Shown: in pieces, positions 11,720 through 23,608 of the stretch
How positions within the stretch are numbered: the first letter of the stretch is position 1
Layout: each line of letters starts with the position of its first letter
Source: Naegleria gruberi
Taxonomy: Eukaryota
Length of the DNA: 64,000 nucleotides
Reading direction: 5' to 3' (one strand)
Assembly (NCBI GenBank): GCA_000004985.1
Contig: GG738920.1
Notes under the pieces: generated by a model
Databases searched by the model: none
Seen by the model: the letters and a program-made list of their open reading frames with translations, nothing else
Told to the model about the DNA's origin: nothing
Program-made: the position numbers and the translations under genes

Positions 11720-11993
11720 TTTTTTTGTGATAAAAAGCACTTTGAATAGTGTGATGTTTGAATACAGTTGACAGGTTTGGCAAGTCAGAGTTGCAGAAAA
11801 GTACATCCGTACAAACAGAGCTTGAAATTTACAAGGTGCGGCTTCACTAGTTACAAAAATGAATTATCTTTGCTCCTTTTGTGAAAAAAACTGAAGCATT
11901 TTAATCTTCATGATTAGTTTCCAATAAAACTTTTAACACATTATATCATTGAACCTTCTCACCATCTATTGAGGTTTCTTGCCTCATCTTCAT

Positions 11994-12443
11994 TCATCTA
12001 ATACTTCCTTGCAACAACTTTCTTCTCCTAATGAAACAACAATAACATCCAAACACACAAACTGCCACACAACAACAACAAGCCACAATAAGAACCAACA
12101 TTCCAGCAGCAAAGACATTTCTCAAAAAGATTGATCTCTCACCTGGGCTTTCATAAACGAAAATTACATTGCCAGTCAAAATGTCACAATCTGGTTCAAT
12201 ATCAAAGTCTTCATCGACGAGACAATCATAAAAGTTGGTGTTCAAGCCAATTCTGAGTTTGTCATCCTTTTCTTCTATTTTGATACTGAACGGGACAACG
12301 AGAGTTGTTAATTCACTCACTGATGAGCAATTTATATTATTCAGGACAATCATCATTATCGTTGTGATCAGTATTAAGGCAACATTAAATGTGAACAAGG
12401 CACGCAGCGATTTTATTCTGTTCATTTTTTTAAAGTGTTTCAT
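11994..12443 (-). CDS. small hypothetical membrane protein with a C-terminal poly-Cys TM segment
   Basis: In-frame ATGs lie at 12441-12443 and 12423-12425. The N-terminal hydrophobic stretch is LRALFTFNVALILITTIMMIVL. The C-terminal stretch LVLIVACCCCVAVCVFGCYCCF could be a palmitoylation-type Cys cluster, which is inference. Confidence 0.3.
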   Translation of the reverse strand: MKHFKKMNRIKSLRALFTFNVALILITTIMMIVLNNINCSSVSELTTLVVPFSIKIEEKDDKLRIGLNTNFYDCLVDEDFDIEPDCDILTGNVIFVYESPGERSIFLRNVFAAGMLVLIVACCCCVAVCVFGCYCCFIRRRKLLQGSIR

Positions 12444-12546
12444 TGAAAAAAGAGAAATCAGAAATGAAACCAACATTAATCTTTAATATTTACAGAAGGC
12501 ACGACTTGTTGGAATCAACCACCATTTTCTCCTTTTTTGGGTTTTC

Positions 12547-13287
12547 TTATTGTCTTAAAATCTTTTTGGCTCTCTTTTTTTGTTGTTTGGTAATTCCAAT
12601 TGGAACAATTCTTTCTCCTGAGGGTCTAATCTTTGTTGCTTTGGTACAATTTCTGTGAGCAACCATTCTAAATCCTGGATCACCTAATTCAGGAATATGG
12701 TTTGGTTTCTTTTTCATGGAAATGATAGGTGCCTCCACATGATTAACACTTGGCAGAATGGAGAGAGTCTCATCTACATTACTTGACTCTGGTTCCTTGG
12801 CAACATTATTGTTTTGTGATTGCTTATCCGACAGAGAAGTGGATGTTGAATTTTTATTGAAAAGATCATTCACCAACTCTTGGTTCAACATAATTGGTTT
12901 GTGTTCTTCATTGTGGTGGTGAATATCTGCATCAACTTGTTGATTTAAAACTGAACTGTCTTCAATTTCAACAACAGAAATAACAACCTTGTCTTCCACA
13001 CTTTCATCATCACTAATTTCAATATTTTCTTGATTAGAACATTGTGGCATTGATCCATTAGTAAGATTATCATTATCATCTTCGATAAGAATTGGTTTAC
13101 CCAGAGTGCTTCCTTCTCGTTGTTCAGCTTTAACCGATGGAATGTGAAAAAGTATTGCAGACGTGTTTGGAATATTCTGTTCTTCTGCTTCTGTTAAACA
13201 CTTAATCTGAATGGAGATGAAGCTTCTCCCGAGAGATGGATCATTACTGGTAATACTAAAATAAGTATCACAATTAAACATTGGCAT
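12547..13287 (-). CDS. hypothetical acidic Ser/Asn-rich protein with a basic C-terminal tail
   Basis: 246-aa ORF with a real ATG at 13285-13287 and a TAA stop. The C-terminus KQQKKRAKKILRQ looks NLS-like. No domain is recognised. Confidence 0.4.
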   Translation of the reverse strand: MPMFNCDTYFSITSNDPSLGRSFISIQIKCLTEAEEQNIPNTSAILFHIPSVKAEQREGSTLGKPILIEDDNDNLTNGSMPQCSNQENIEISDDESVEDKVVISVVEIEDSSVLNQQVDADIHHHNEEHKPIMLNQELVNDLFNKNSTSTSLSDKQSQNNNVAKEPESSNVDETLSILPSVNHVEAPIISMKKKPNHIPELGDPGFRMVAHRNCTKATKIRPSGERIVPIGITKQQKKRAKKILRQ

Positions 13288-13620
13288 TTTGATGATATTG
13301 CAAAAGACGATGTGGTTACTAGAGTTTAATTAAAACAAGAATTAAAATTCCTGTATGATGAGTTTGTAAACTAAGAAAGCTTGAGAAATTTGGTGGCTTG
13401 AATGATGGCAATTTTTTGGAGAGCGATTTTTGAGAATTTGGCGGATTGGAGAAATTTAACTGGTCAAAATTTTCATTTTTTACAATCAACAAATTTTGAC
13501 GTCTTTTTCAAATTCTATTTTAAAAAGAAATGATTATTGGTTGAATGGTAGTTCTTAATAAGAAAACAGGAATTATGAACAATCATCTATATGATAGAAA
13601 TATTTTATTTAAACATGTAA

Positions 13621-13691
13621 TCGGGTGTGGTATAGTGGTAGCATTCCAGACTGTCACTCTGGCGACCCGGGTTCAATTCCCGGCACTCGAG
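13621..13691 (+). tRNA. tRNA-Asp (anticodon GTC)
   Basis: It folds by eye into a cloverleaf. The acceptor stem is TCGGGTG/CACTCGA, with one G-U pair. The D-arm is GTATAGTGGTAGCAT. The anticodon stem-loop is CCAGA-CTGTCAC-TCTGG, giving anticodon GTC. The T-arm is CCGGG-TTCAATT-CCCGG and the discriminator is G. It is identical to the copy at 49293..49363 and very similar to canonical eukaryotic tRNA-Asp. No intron is present. Confidence 0.85.
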
Positions 13692-13697
13692 TAATAA

Positions 13698-13701
13698 TTT
13701 T
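13698..13701 (+). terminator. Pol III T-run downstream of tRNA-Asp
   Basis: TTTT lies 7 nt after the discriminator (cgag taataatttt). Confidence 0.35.
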
Positions 13702-15319
13702 ACATTTTATGCTTTGTTTCGCATTATTTTATATTGATTTTTCATATTTATGTAGTATACATTGATGTCTTTTAAATTACTAATTTTCAATATTTAATTA
13801 TTTGTATTTCCAATTTTAGAAGCCTCGCCTTGTAGGTCATTTTTCACTAAAAAAATATCTAGTTGAAGAACTGTGCCATATCAGAATTTGACCTTATTGT
13901 CAGTTCTGAGTTTCAATCCATTATCTAGATATTTGGAAAGCATTGGACAAGGTGCATTTGGATCTGTTTTTAAATGTGTAATTATATCCACACCTCAATG
14001 CCCTCATTAATAATATTTTAAGAGTTTGGAAATGGACGAAATTTATATCAAATTACTGCTGATTTTGGTTCTATTCAAAAGTCCAATAATTCATGTGAAT
14101 GTAGTCAATCCAAAAGTATTTCATATCTCAATGTTAAATTGCAATCCAATCACAAAGAAAGGGAGAAGTTTCTCTGTCGTTTTGTTCTCCACTTGCATTC
14201 AGATAATAAAAATAAATTACAATTATATTCTCTTATTAATAGAACAAACTCTATCTACTGCGTGAGAAATCTCGTTGTTTTGGTCGACTTGACGTAGTGG
14301 AAAGTATTGTTATTGAAATTGTCAATCTTGTTTTAATTTAGCCATTGTAAAGAGAGCAGATATTTACCAGTGCCTCCAAATCGTGCACCTCTCGTGAGCT
14401 GAACGTAACCATCATTCATTGCATAGCTTGAGAATTGGGCGAGAATTCGAATATGTTTTCTATTATTCAACAATATCATGCTATTCACAAACTCGAATCC
14501 TTCCATAATTGTCCATTGATGTTGTGATAAGTGGTTTGCCTCATCCCTTCAAGCACTATGAGTAGTTTGCCTATCATGGAGAATGTAACACAATTTATCT
14601 TGGTCGATGATAATGAGTTCTTCCTCTGAATGTTATTCAACACACAATGATAAAAAGAATAGGAAGATGAAGAGGATGGGAGTAGCAAAGTACTAATAAT
14701 TAATTATTATAATATATAATATGTATTTAGTTCCAATGTGTGATGTAGAAGGTAGATGTTCCTCCTGTGCTAACTAATTGCTGTAGTTCGTAGATGATGA
14801 AGACAAAAAGAAGGCTTGACTTGGTTTATGATATGAAAACAAGAGATGAGGACGAACCAGCATATTAATGATCATTTGGGACTAGACGTGAAGATAATAA
14901 TACACAGCAATTCATGAAGTGAATACAACCATGGCCGTACAAGATGCTGGTTGGTTCTTTGATGATTTTTGTCATTCAAATTATTGAAAATTCATCAAGC
15001 CTCGAACATGAAACTCTTCATGATGACGGAACAAAAGATATGAAAGATAATAATGAAGAACAAAGACAATATTGATAATTTAAAGAGAATTTAATTTGAA
15101 TTGAGCAATGGATTGAGAAAGGCCGCAAAGGAAAAGCAAAATTGTTTTGATAATTAATTATATAATTATAGATACACACATGTGTGCATGCAGAGGAGAA
15201 AGGGAAATGGAGAAAAACTTAAGTAGGAGGAGAATCTGTACAAGTGGGAAGTGAAAGTTATAAACCTAGCAAGAGCATAATGAGTTGCCGAACAATTAGC
15301 CAAACGAATAATCATTAGA

Positions 15320-15910
15320 TTAATACCAAGACCACCAGGTAAAGCCATCTTCTAAACCAATTTCATACTTGGTATCATCATTGGCATGGAGAGAGGCTAT
15401 TTCCTCCTTGACTACAACACACTGCACACCATTCTTTGCCTTGCTCTTTCTCTTCTCAATTTTAACCTTATTACTTGTTGGATGATGAATGAATGGATTT
15501 TCATTCTTAATTAATGATGAAGATGAGGAACCACCAGTTTGAGCTGATTTATCAGCAGCTTGATAGTGATGATGATGGAAAATGGTAACACCACTTGGAT
15601 TGGATGAGTGAACACTCTTCTTCTTTCTCTTTGGATTGGATTGTTTGTATTGATTTGACATTTTGTCTTCAACAAAGACAAATGTTTGCTTATCTAATGG
15701 TGTTGCAGTTTGAGTATGATTTGGAATCGATTGATTATATCTGATATGATTACTTTTTACAAGATCAGTGGTTGGGGATGTTGCACCATTTGATGAGATG
15801 GTTCCCATCATGGAGATTATTCGGTTGTGATTTGTGGAAGAAACAGTATTATTATTGGAGGATGATGACATTAAATTGTTGGTGTTGTGGAAATTTGTTA
15901 AGAGAGTCAT
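15320..15910 (-). CDS. hypothetical Ser/Asn/Thr-rich low-complexity protein
   Basis: 196-aa ORF with a real ATG at 15908-15910. It has poly-S/N stretches and HHHH, and ends ...GFTWWSWY. More 3' exons cannot be excluded, because the 1.6 kb downstream carries no long ORF. Confidence 0.35.
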   Translation of the reverse strand: MTLLTNFHNTNNLMSSSSNNNTVSSTNHNRIISMMGTISSNGATSPTTDLVKSNHIRYNQSIPNHTQTATPLDKQTFVFVEDKMSNQYKQSNPKRKKKSVHSSNPSGVTIFHHHHYQAADKSAQTGGSSSSSLIKNENPFIHHPTSNKVKIEKRKSKAKNGVQCVVVKEEIASLHANDDTKYEIGLEDGFTWWSWY

Positions 15911-17559
15911 TCTTTCAATGAGTTAATATGGATTGAAACAGTTAGGAAAGAGTTTGTTATTATTCGAAAGTAATCAATTACTATTAGTTGTTTGTTTTTT
16001 CTGTGTCGTGACGAGAAGAAATTGCACACACCATCATCTCTTCACACAATAATTGAGGTTTTAATGCTTCAACACAACAACTCATAAAACTCTCTAATGT
16101 CCCGAACATAATGAAGTCAATTGTACAAATTTAATTATTGAGGAATAACTTTTTATCACACCCAAGTTGGGCCAATAGCTTTCTCATATCATGCTCGTCT
16201 ACTTTTGGACAAGATTTAGTGTGTTTCGAATTGTTGTCAGACATGTCATGATTTGGTTTTGTGGGTCATGATTCAGTTCTGCTAGTAAAAATGCAATTAT
16301 CAGACCCCGTGATATACCTCGAGATATCTAAACGACAAGTTTAGTCTTGGAATTCTAAAAAAGTAAACGAAAGAGCGGGCTAAACTTATCGCAATGGTAA
16401 AAAATACGGTATTATTAGTGAATGGTCCCTTTTAATTTCACATTACAACATTAATTTTGAACTGGAGAATTGGCCAACCAATGAAATTGTTGTTTATTGG
16501 TGTTTCTTGAGGAGAATGATAAAATACTATTCGGGCGAAAGTGTATTGAATTTGAGTTAACACAAGATTGTCAGATTGTGAGAGGTGGGTACATTTTGCA
16601 TTTACAGAAACAGTTGTGTTAAACAACAACTGTAGATAACAGTTGAAAGATTTTCGTTTGTGAAGTTTCACTTTGTTGATAAGCATCGTTTGGGTTGAAG
16701 ATAACCAAACGTTGAAAAATCTCGTGTGGGTGGCTAATGTTTAATTGCAATAATTTACAAAAAAGAGTTAAGATTGCTTGCACGATTGTTTGGCATGGAA
16801 CGAAATCGTTCATTACATTTAGCCTGTTGTTTGCCTTTTCGAATGGTTTCGACTCATTGTTAAAAGGTCAAGAAAATCTTTAGGATTTAAATTTATGGCT
16901 TGTGATCTATTTAATGGCTGTTTTGAATTCGTCCACTAATTTTAATACAACTACAGTTTTTGCTGCCTAACCAACTACTGCATTTATTTAACAAAACGAA
17001 ATGCAAAGAAAACCAACTGTGGATAATCCATCATTCATATCTTTACAATCCTCCAATTCCAAATATTGCACAATAATTGTCAGCCATCACAATAGTAACT
17101 TTCAGTCTGATAGTACTATCAAACATTCTTCCATTTCTCTTCTCTTTCCAAAGTCATATTCTCCCATGAGAACTCTTAATATTAGAACCTCTCAGTATTT
17201 TGCAATATTGTTATTAACAATGTTACCTCAACTTGTATGTTCAAACACCTGAAAATGAAACTCTGTCGCGCTTATCGTTGCCAATTAAATATCGCAATAA
17301 GCGCGAAGCACATTCTCTGAATTGCTTCATAAGAAGACGCTCGGACGTTACACATCATCAAAAAAAATCAGACAAAATATCTCACAGCTTTTTCATCGTT
17401 TTTTGGCCGTACAGCAGCAACGAACTTTTGTGGAAGGAATTTTAAAAGAAAAATTGAGTATTGTGAATATTCACAGTGTTGGAATTTATTGGTTAGGAAA
17501 TAATAATAATTTAACGGAATTAGTGTATATATTAAATTGTAAGATAGAAGAAGAAGAGA

Positions 17560-18243
17560 ATGGTTAATTTAAAAATTTTGGATTATATTTGTTGTTGTTT
17601 TGTTAGTCATGCTGATGAGAGGAGTGAGGTACCTTTCAGCCAATTGTCAAATCCTTCTCCCAATACAGAGAGATCCTCTGATTTGAATGATACAACTGAT
17701 GACTTTTGTGAGTCTTCCGAAATGATTATTGGTCTGTCAGCAGAACAATATGAAGTACTGTTGAACCAGGTACAACATGAAATTGATTTTGATGATGAGA
17801 AAATGAATCACATTACAGCATATCTGACGGAGAAGAATGTCTGTATTGATACAGAACAAGCATTGGCTTTTATTGGAACAATACACTTCTCAAATACTAG
17901 AATTGTATTCATTGAACGTTTGCTTCCTTTCATTATTGACTTGAAAGTGGGCAAGAAGAAAATTATCGAAACAATTGGATTTTATAACGACAAGATTAAA
18001 ATCAAGAAATTGATTAGTGAACATTTAAAGAAGAGAAAGATTGGAGATAATTTCATGAAGCCACCACCAGTCTCACCATCTCAAGCCAGAATGAATGCAC
18101 TCGGTGGATATAAGGGAACTACAAGTGACTATCTGGTTGGAGGAACAGAATTGGAATCATTTGGAAGTAAACAAATCAAACAATCTTCATCCACCAGTCG
18201 AAGTGCATCCCCATCTCCAAACTATCAAGCCAACAATAAATAA
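17560..18243 (+). CDS. hypothetical protein
   Basis: 227-aa ORF with a real ATG and a TAA stop. The N-terminal half is acidic and the C-terminus is Ser-rich. No domain is recognised. Confidence 0.4.
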   Translation: MVNLKILDYICCCFVSHADERSEVPFSQLSNPSPNTERSSDLNDTTDDFCESSEMIIGLSAEQYEVLLNQVQHEIDFDDEKMNHITAYLTEKNVCIDTEQALAFIGTIHFSNTRIVFIERLLPFIIDLKVGKKKIIETIGFYNDKIKIKKLISEHLKKRKIGDNFMKPPPVSPSQARMNALGGYKGTTSDYLVGGTELESFGSKQIKQSSSTSRSASPSPNYQANNK

Positions 18244-18465
18244 GATAATGTAAATAAATCAGATGCATGAAAAACATGCACCTACCACCAATTTAATAAT
18301 ATTAATTCTATATTTAATTTATTTTCAATTATTTAAATATTCTTTGAAATGCATGTAGCTAGAATTATTAAATTAATTAAATAATATTGTACAATGAGAA
18401 TCATTCAACTCCGTTTCATGGATTTGATTTAAAGAATCCAAAAATCAAAAAATTAGAACATCACC

Positions 18466-19308
18466 ATGTTGTATTCTCTTGCCAGAAAACAATTCAAACC
18501 ATCAAGTTCTCTTATTGTCAACTCTGCCATCATTAAATTCACTCATTCATCATCTCCACTATTCACTCTCCACAGTAATAATAACAAAGAATATAAATCC
18601 TGCTCATCATTCCACACCTGCATCAATTCATCCTTCTACTGGCAAACACCTTCCGATATTAAAGATGGCAAAGTGAGTCGTGTTGCATCGTCATCATCAT
18701 CAAACAATCAAAAGAGAAAGACAAAATCAAAGGATCATCACCATGCATTGTTTTTGGAGGCCAATTTAATTCCTCTCAAGAAGAAACAATACAAGGAATG
18801 GAGCTCTCGGGAAGTTTCTCTCACTTTATTGAATAATGATCATGATGAATATGTGTTGGAAAGTTTGGAGAGGGAAATTCATTGTTTGTTACTTTCACCA
18901 AATGCCAAATCAATGATTTTACACTATCAAAATATTGAGGCTTTATTTAGAGAGAATAAGGAAAATAGACAAGTATTACAATACTTGTTGGAACAGTTTA
19001 CAAAAAAGAGTTTGGATGTTTCACAATCAATTGTTGGATATATTGGACGTGGATTAAGCTTACTCTATTTGCATGAGTTTGAAAAATCAAAAACTGTCTT
19101 TCTCACTCTCAATCTCATTGACAATCAAATGGGAGTTGAGAAGGGAGGAGTTGGAGAAACTGATTATCCAGCTCTGTACATGTCATTTGTTTATCTTTCT
19201 CGAGTTTATTCCAAATTGAACCAACAAGATCAATTAAAATCATGTCAAAAAGCCATCAAGGATATTGAGGGTCTCGACAATCCAATCCTCTCTAAATTTG
19301 AGTTGTAA
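18466..19308 (+). CDS. hypothetical protein
   Basis: 280-aa ORF with a real ATG at 18466 and a TAA stop. The N-terminus is Ser-rich and could be a targeting peptide. No domain is recognised. Confidence 0.4.
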   Translation: MLYSLARKQFKPSSSLIVNSAIIKFTHSSSPLFTLHSNNNKEYKSCSSFHTCINSSFYWQTPSDIKDGKVSRVASSSSSNNQKRKTKSKDHHHALFLEANLIPLKKKQYKEWSSREVSLTLLNNDHDEYVLESLEREIHCLLLSPNAKSMILHYQNIEALFRENKENRQVLQYLLEQFTKKSLDVSQSIVGYIGRGLSLLYLHEFEKSKTVFLTLNLIDNQMGVEKGGVGETDYPALYMSFVYLSRVYSKLNQQDQLKSCQKAIKDIEGLDNPILSKFEL

Positions 19309-19744
19309 ATCAAATTCAGAAAATTGTCAATAAAAAATCAAATAGAAACTGAGACATTCTAATTCCTTTTACTAAAACACCTGTTCGCACTTATTATTCA
19401 CAACTAGTTGTTGAATTTTTACAACAGAAATCAAGTGCACTGCAGATGATTAAGGATTCATTGAAAATCAAATGTGTTTCTTTTGAAAGCACTGTAAAGC
19501 TCGAGTTCCAACTTCCAAAACCTCAACGTTTGTATGAAGTATTGGCTGTGGCTGAGAATTGTGAAGTTGGAATTTATTGCTTGTGTGGTTGTGTTGTATA
19601 ATTTGTGAAAACATTTGTTTCATAAGGCAATTCTTCACAAAGAACATCAAGCATTTTCTTATTTTGTCCTCCAGTCCGACAAAGATTGACAGTGAGGAAA
19701 TTTTTGACAAATCTTCATCCAAATAAAACCACAAATTTTTTAAA

Positions 19745-21493
19745 ATGAACCAACGCGAGTATGAAGGCGATAAACAACCGTACAGCTGTATGCGGTGCAG
19801 GAAACATCATCGAAAGGTAGGTTGAAAGGGATTTTGTGTGATCTTAGGAACAAACGTAATATTATTATTTGTTTATTTGCATGTGGATGTGCTTTGAAAA
19901 TTTTTAAATATCATGTGGCGGTTATTTGTTGCATGTAATATAATAATAATTGATAATGATATTATAGTGTGATAGGAATCCTAAGGGATGTTCTAATTGT
20001 GGAAATTCTGGAGTAAAGTGTATTGTAGGTTTTTGTTTTTTGGAAGGCTAGTAATTAATCACACATTTGAAATAGTATGCCGATCAACTTCAAAACTCAC
20101 AACATCAAGAAAAGAAGGATGAACAATCACAACAGCAGAATACTCAGCAACAACAACAAACAATGACACCACAGACTTTGGTAGATGTCTACTTTTCGAT
20201 ACTTTGTGGAACACATCCTTTAATTGAGAAGGAAAAGTTTAAATATTTTGTAAATAATTGCTTGAACCAGTATAATGATATCAAAGCTAACGAATGGATT
20301 TCTTCGGTTGGTGAACTGAGATGTATTCACTGTTTCTACATGTCTAACATGTCTTTGGCGCTACAGTTAACTTCAGATATTAATCACACAAAAACTATTG
20401 GAATAACAGAGGCTCTTATTTCATCATTGGAAAAGGAACAATCTCACGAGTTTTATTGGGTTGCTTCTTGTTTTACATTGGTCATGTACTTTATTGGAGA
20501 GGGAGACTTTACAAAGGTCAATCACTACAACTCTAAAGTTTTTGAATATTTGAAAGGAGGTTATCAACACAAATTCACTTTTCACTTGTTGAGATATCAA
20601 TCATTTGTTAATTCTGGATTTGTTCATCATATTACAACCATGCAAAGTTTAATCAAGGATATGTGTGAACAATTCTTTTATAGTACTGGGAAAAGGCTTG
20701 AGGATTGTGTACTTCCAGGTACTATTGAACACATGAGAAGTAATTCAATAACAATGGAAAATAACCAAATGTACAGACAGGTCCATAACTTTGTCTCTGA
20801 TACTGTTGTAAATCTTGAAGGTGAAATGGTTAAACAATTAATAGATTGCCATTCAACTACATTTTTCAAACATCAAAGAATAGTAACATCAATGATACGG
20901 TTAGGATGTTCTCTCATGTTATTCAAACAGTCAGATTACTTCCTCAATGATACATCAATTGAGGAAACAGCCCTAATGATAACATTACTAACTGAAGATG
21001 AACTCTTCCCGTAAGTAGTAGTAATATTTTTACAATATATTAATTAACAATGATTTTTTACAGTTTCTGCATGTGCTATACAATATCTCCTATTGTTGAG
21101 ACATGTATCTATCACAAACAGTTGGTTGAAAATTGTATTGAACGCGGTACCAAACCAATGACCTCAACAATCATGACCTCCTCTGGAAATACTGTGACTG
21201 TCGACTATTTATCAATCCTTAAGAAGGATTTGAAAGCACTGATATCACTTGCCAAGAGATTTAAACGAGTAACACTCCTCTACCAAAACCTTATTGAAGA
21301 AATGACTCAAACCATTATGAGAAATACTTCACGAAGTGCAAGTAGTGATACCCGTTCTACCACCAGCTCAACCACAAACCGAACACAAATCGAGGCCTTT
21401 GCTGATGACACTATGAGAGAAGTATCGTCATTCAACGATTCTGCTGTCAAGATGGCTGAATCAGTTGACAATTTCTTTTCTTTTCTGTTTTAA
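19745..21493 (+). CDS. Zn2Cys6 (GAL4-type binuclear cluster) transcription factor, 4 exons, about 497 aa (Z1)
   Basis: Exon 1 is 19745..19816 (MNQREYEGDKQPYSCMRCRKHHRK). Intron 1 is GTAGGT...TTATAG at 19817..19967. Exon 2 is 19968..20024 (CDRNPKGCSNCGNSGVKCI), which completes C-x2-C-x6-C-x6-C-x2-C-x6-C. Intron 2 is GTAGGT...AAATAG at 20025..20075. Exon 3 is 20076..21010 and runs in frame into tool ORF 20163..21014. Intron 3 is GTAAGT...TTACAG at 21011..21063. Exon 4 is 21064..21493, which is tool ORF 21050.., and ends in TAA. All phases are consistent. Confidence 0.6.
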
Positions 21494-21580
21494 TTATTAA
21501 ACTATTAATAAATAGTTTAATTTCTATTCGATGGACTATTGCAACATATACCGCGGACATGAATAATTATTTTAAAAAAA

Positions 21581-22870
21581 ATGAAAACAACACTCATCCA
21601 CAACTGCAACACTCAACCTTCCCTTGAGGAACTGATTGAATTCTCTCCGGTTGCCTGTCTTGATTGTAGAACCAACCATAGAAAATGTGACAGGAAGAAA
21701 CCAACATGTGCTGCATGTCAAATAAGAGGCTTCGATTGCACATACTCAAAAACTATGAAAAGAAAGCTCAAGAAACAAATCATCCACAACCAACTGGAAC
21801 AAGATTATAACATGATTGATTTTTATTTTAATTTGGCAAGTTATGGTCTTCCGATGGTTGGACGAGATGAGCTGAAAAGTTTTTTGACGTTGCTAGTTGA
21901 AAATGGTGGTGAAATTCCTAATAATGAGGATAAACAAGTACTAGAAATGGCTGCTCTTTTCTATTCAATTAAAGCCATTTGTGAATGCTTCACTGGAACA
22001 ATGGAAGATGCAGAGAAGGCAGCCACCAAATCAAAAAACTATCTGTCTCATGTATTTGATAGACATTGGAGTGTACTGGTTGTTGCCTGCTATTATTACT
22101 TGTGTTGGTTTGATTTTATGGTTGGAAAAGTGGAATCATCCCAATTCTATAGACAAATCTTAAAGTTTGCAAAGGAAAAGTTTGAGAAATCAACAAGACA
22201 ATTGAGTAATTTTGAGAGGAATGCCTACGAATGTATTTGTCATGTGGACGAATTCATGTTCAACGAAGAGGGAGAAGTCAGAGTGATGAATTTCGAATTA
22301 TTCATCCAATCTATTCCAAGAATGTACATTTTCGACAAGAGTAGTCTTCCTAATGGATGGAATTACTATATGAAAAATCCACACCTTATCGATTCCACAA
22401 ATTGTTTCGAAGTTTGGACCATGTTGGAGATGATTTTACATGAATCAAGGGAGAATGATCTCGAATTGATTCCAAACTTTGCTGAACTTATTAACTTGTT
22501 TTACAATATAACAGAGAATGGCACACGATTGGGCATACTATCAAAGGCCTCTAATGCATCTAGCTCACTATTGATAGAGCATGCAATGGAGAAGAGTGCA
22601 TCAGAAATAGCTTTCGCAACAACAAGTATCCACTTTAAAACCCTTCCAATAGAAATCATGATACATGTTTCAATTGCTACCAATTACCATCTCGAGAAGG
22701 TGAAGAGTGGTGTTCTCTTTCCTAAGAGAGGAGGGATAAGCTACTTGGATCTGCTATCTAAGGAGCTTCAGGCCTACAATTATTTTAAGCAAAAATTTTT
22801 GATTACTTCTCGTCATTTCTCAACCCTATTTTCACAAGTTGAACAGGTGGCAGGATTATTGAATGTTTAG
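21581..22870 (+). CDS. Zn2Cys6 (GAL4-type) transcription factor, single exon, 429 aa (Z2)
   Basis: Real ATG at 21581. ACLDCRTNHRKCDRKKPTCAACQIRGFDC gives C-x2-C-x6-C-x6-C-x2-C-x6-C. A basic stretch (KRKLKKQ) follows the cluster. The region after the zinc finger resembles the corresponding part of Z1 (IDFYFNLASYGLP... vs VDVYFSILCGTHP...). Confidence 0.65.
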   Translation: MKTTLIHNCNTQPSLEELIEFSPVACLDCRTNHRKCDRKKPTCAACQIRGFDCTYSKTMKRKLKKQIIHNQLEQDYNMIDFYFNLASYGLPMVGRDELKSFLTLLVENGGEIPNNEDKQVLEMAALFYSIKAICECFTGTMEDAEKAATKSKNYLSHVFDRHWSVLVVACYYYLCWFDFMVGKVESSQFYRQILKFAKEKFEKSTRQLSNFERNAYECICHVDEFMFNEEGEVRVMNFELFIQSIPRMYIFDKSSLPNGWNYYMKNPHLIDSTNCFEVWTMLEMILHESRENDLELIPNFAELINLFYNITENGTRLGILSKASNASSSLLIEHAMEKSASEIAFATTSIHFKTLPIEIMIHVSIATNYHLEKVKSGVLFPKRGGISYLDLLSKELQAYNYFKQKFLITSRHFSTLFSQVEQVAGLLNV

Positions 22871-23608
22871 CAATATACTTTCGAAAATTATTATTTGGCG
22901 TTGAACGGAAAATCAGTACATCTTTTCGCCTACTCATGCATGAGTTCATTAGATGAATAAGTTGCACTGAGTTGGGTATTTCACTCAATGATTTCCTCAA
23001 TTGAATATGCCAAAACCTCAAAATTAATCGAATCCATGTTTGAATAGTTTGCATGTGTGGACGTGCTATTTTTTAAACTGAAAATCAATAACAATGTTCA
23101 AAGAGATTCCACACTTTGCATGCAACCTGTTCAACAAAGTACATTGAATTTCATGTAACACACTGATTAATAAGAATTGAGAGATAGCTCCTTCTTGGAT
23201 ATATTATTGAAGGGGCTGGCACATACAATTACTTCACAGTAATCATTCCTCTTGTTGAACAAACTACCATTCCATCAATCAGTTGTGGGGATTGAAATCA
23301 TGAAGCTTCATGCCTGTAAAACCTGTTGAGTTATTGGCTTGTCTTCAGGTATTCATGGAAGTGTGAACATAATTAATTTTCTTCCTTTTCATTACACCTT
23401 GTTACAATGCATTTGTACGTTTTTCCTTAGACGTTGCGCATCATCCTACTCAACACTCGGAAGAGGAGAAAACCTTTACAAAAACTTTAAGGAACTTTCA
23501 CCACCTCCAGAAGGAAAGCTTCCAACCTTAAATAGTACACAAACGAGGTTTAGAATTGGAATATAAAAGCATTCTTGCAGATTTTCATAAGTTTTTGAAA
23601 GAAAAAAA

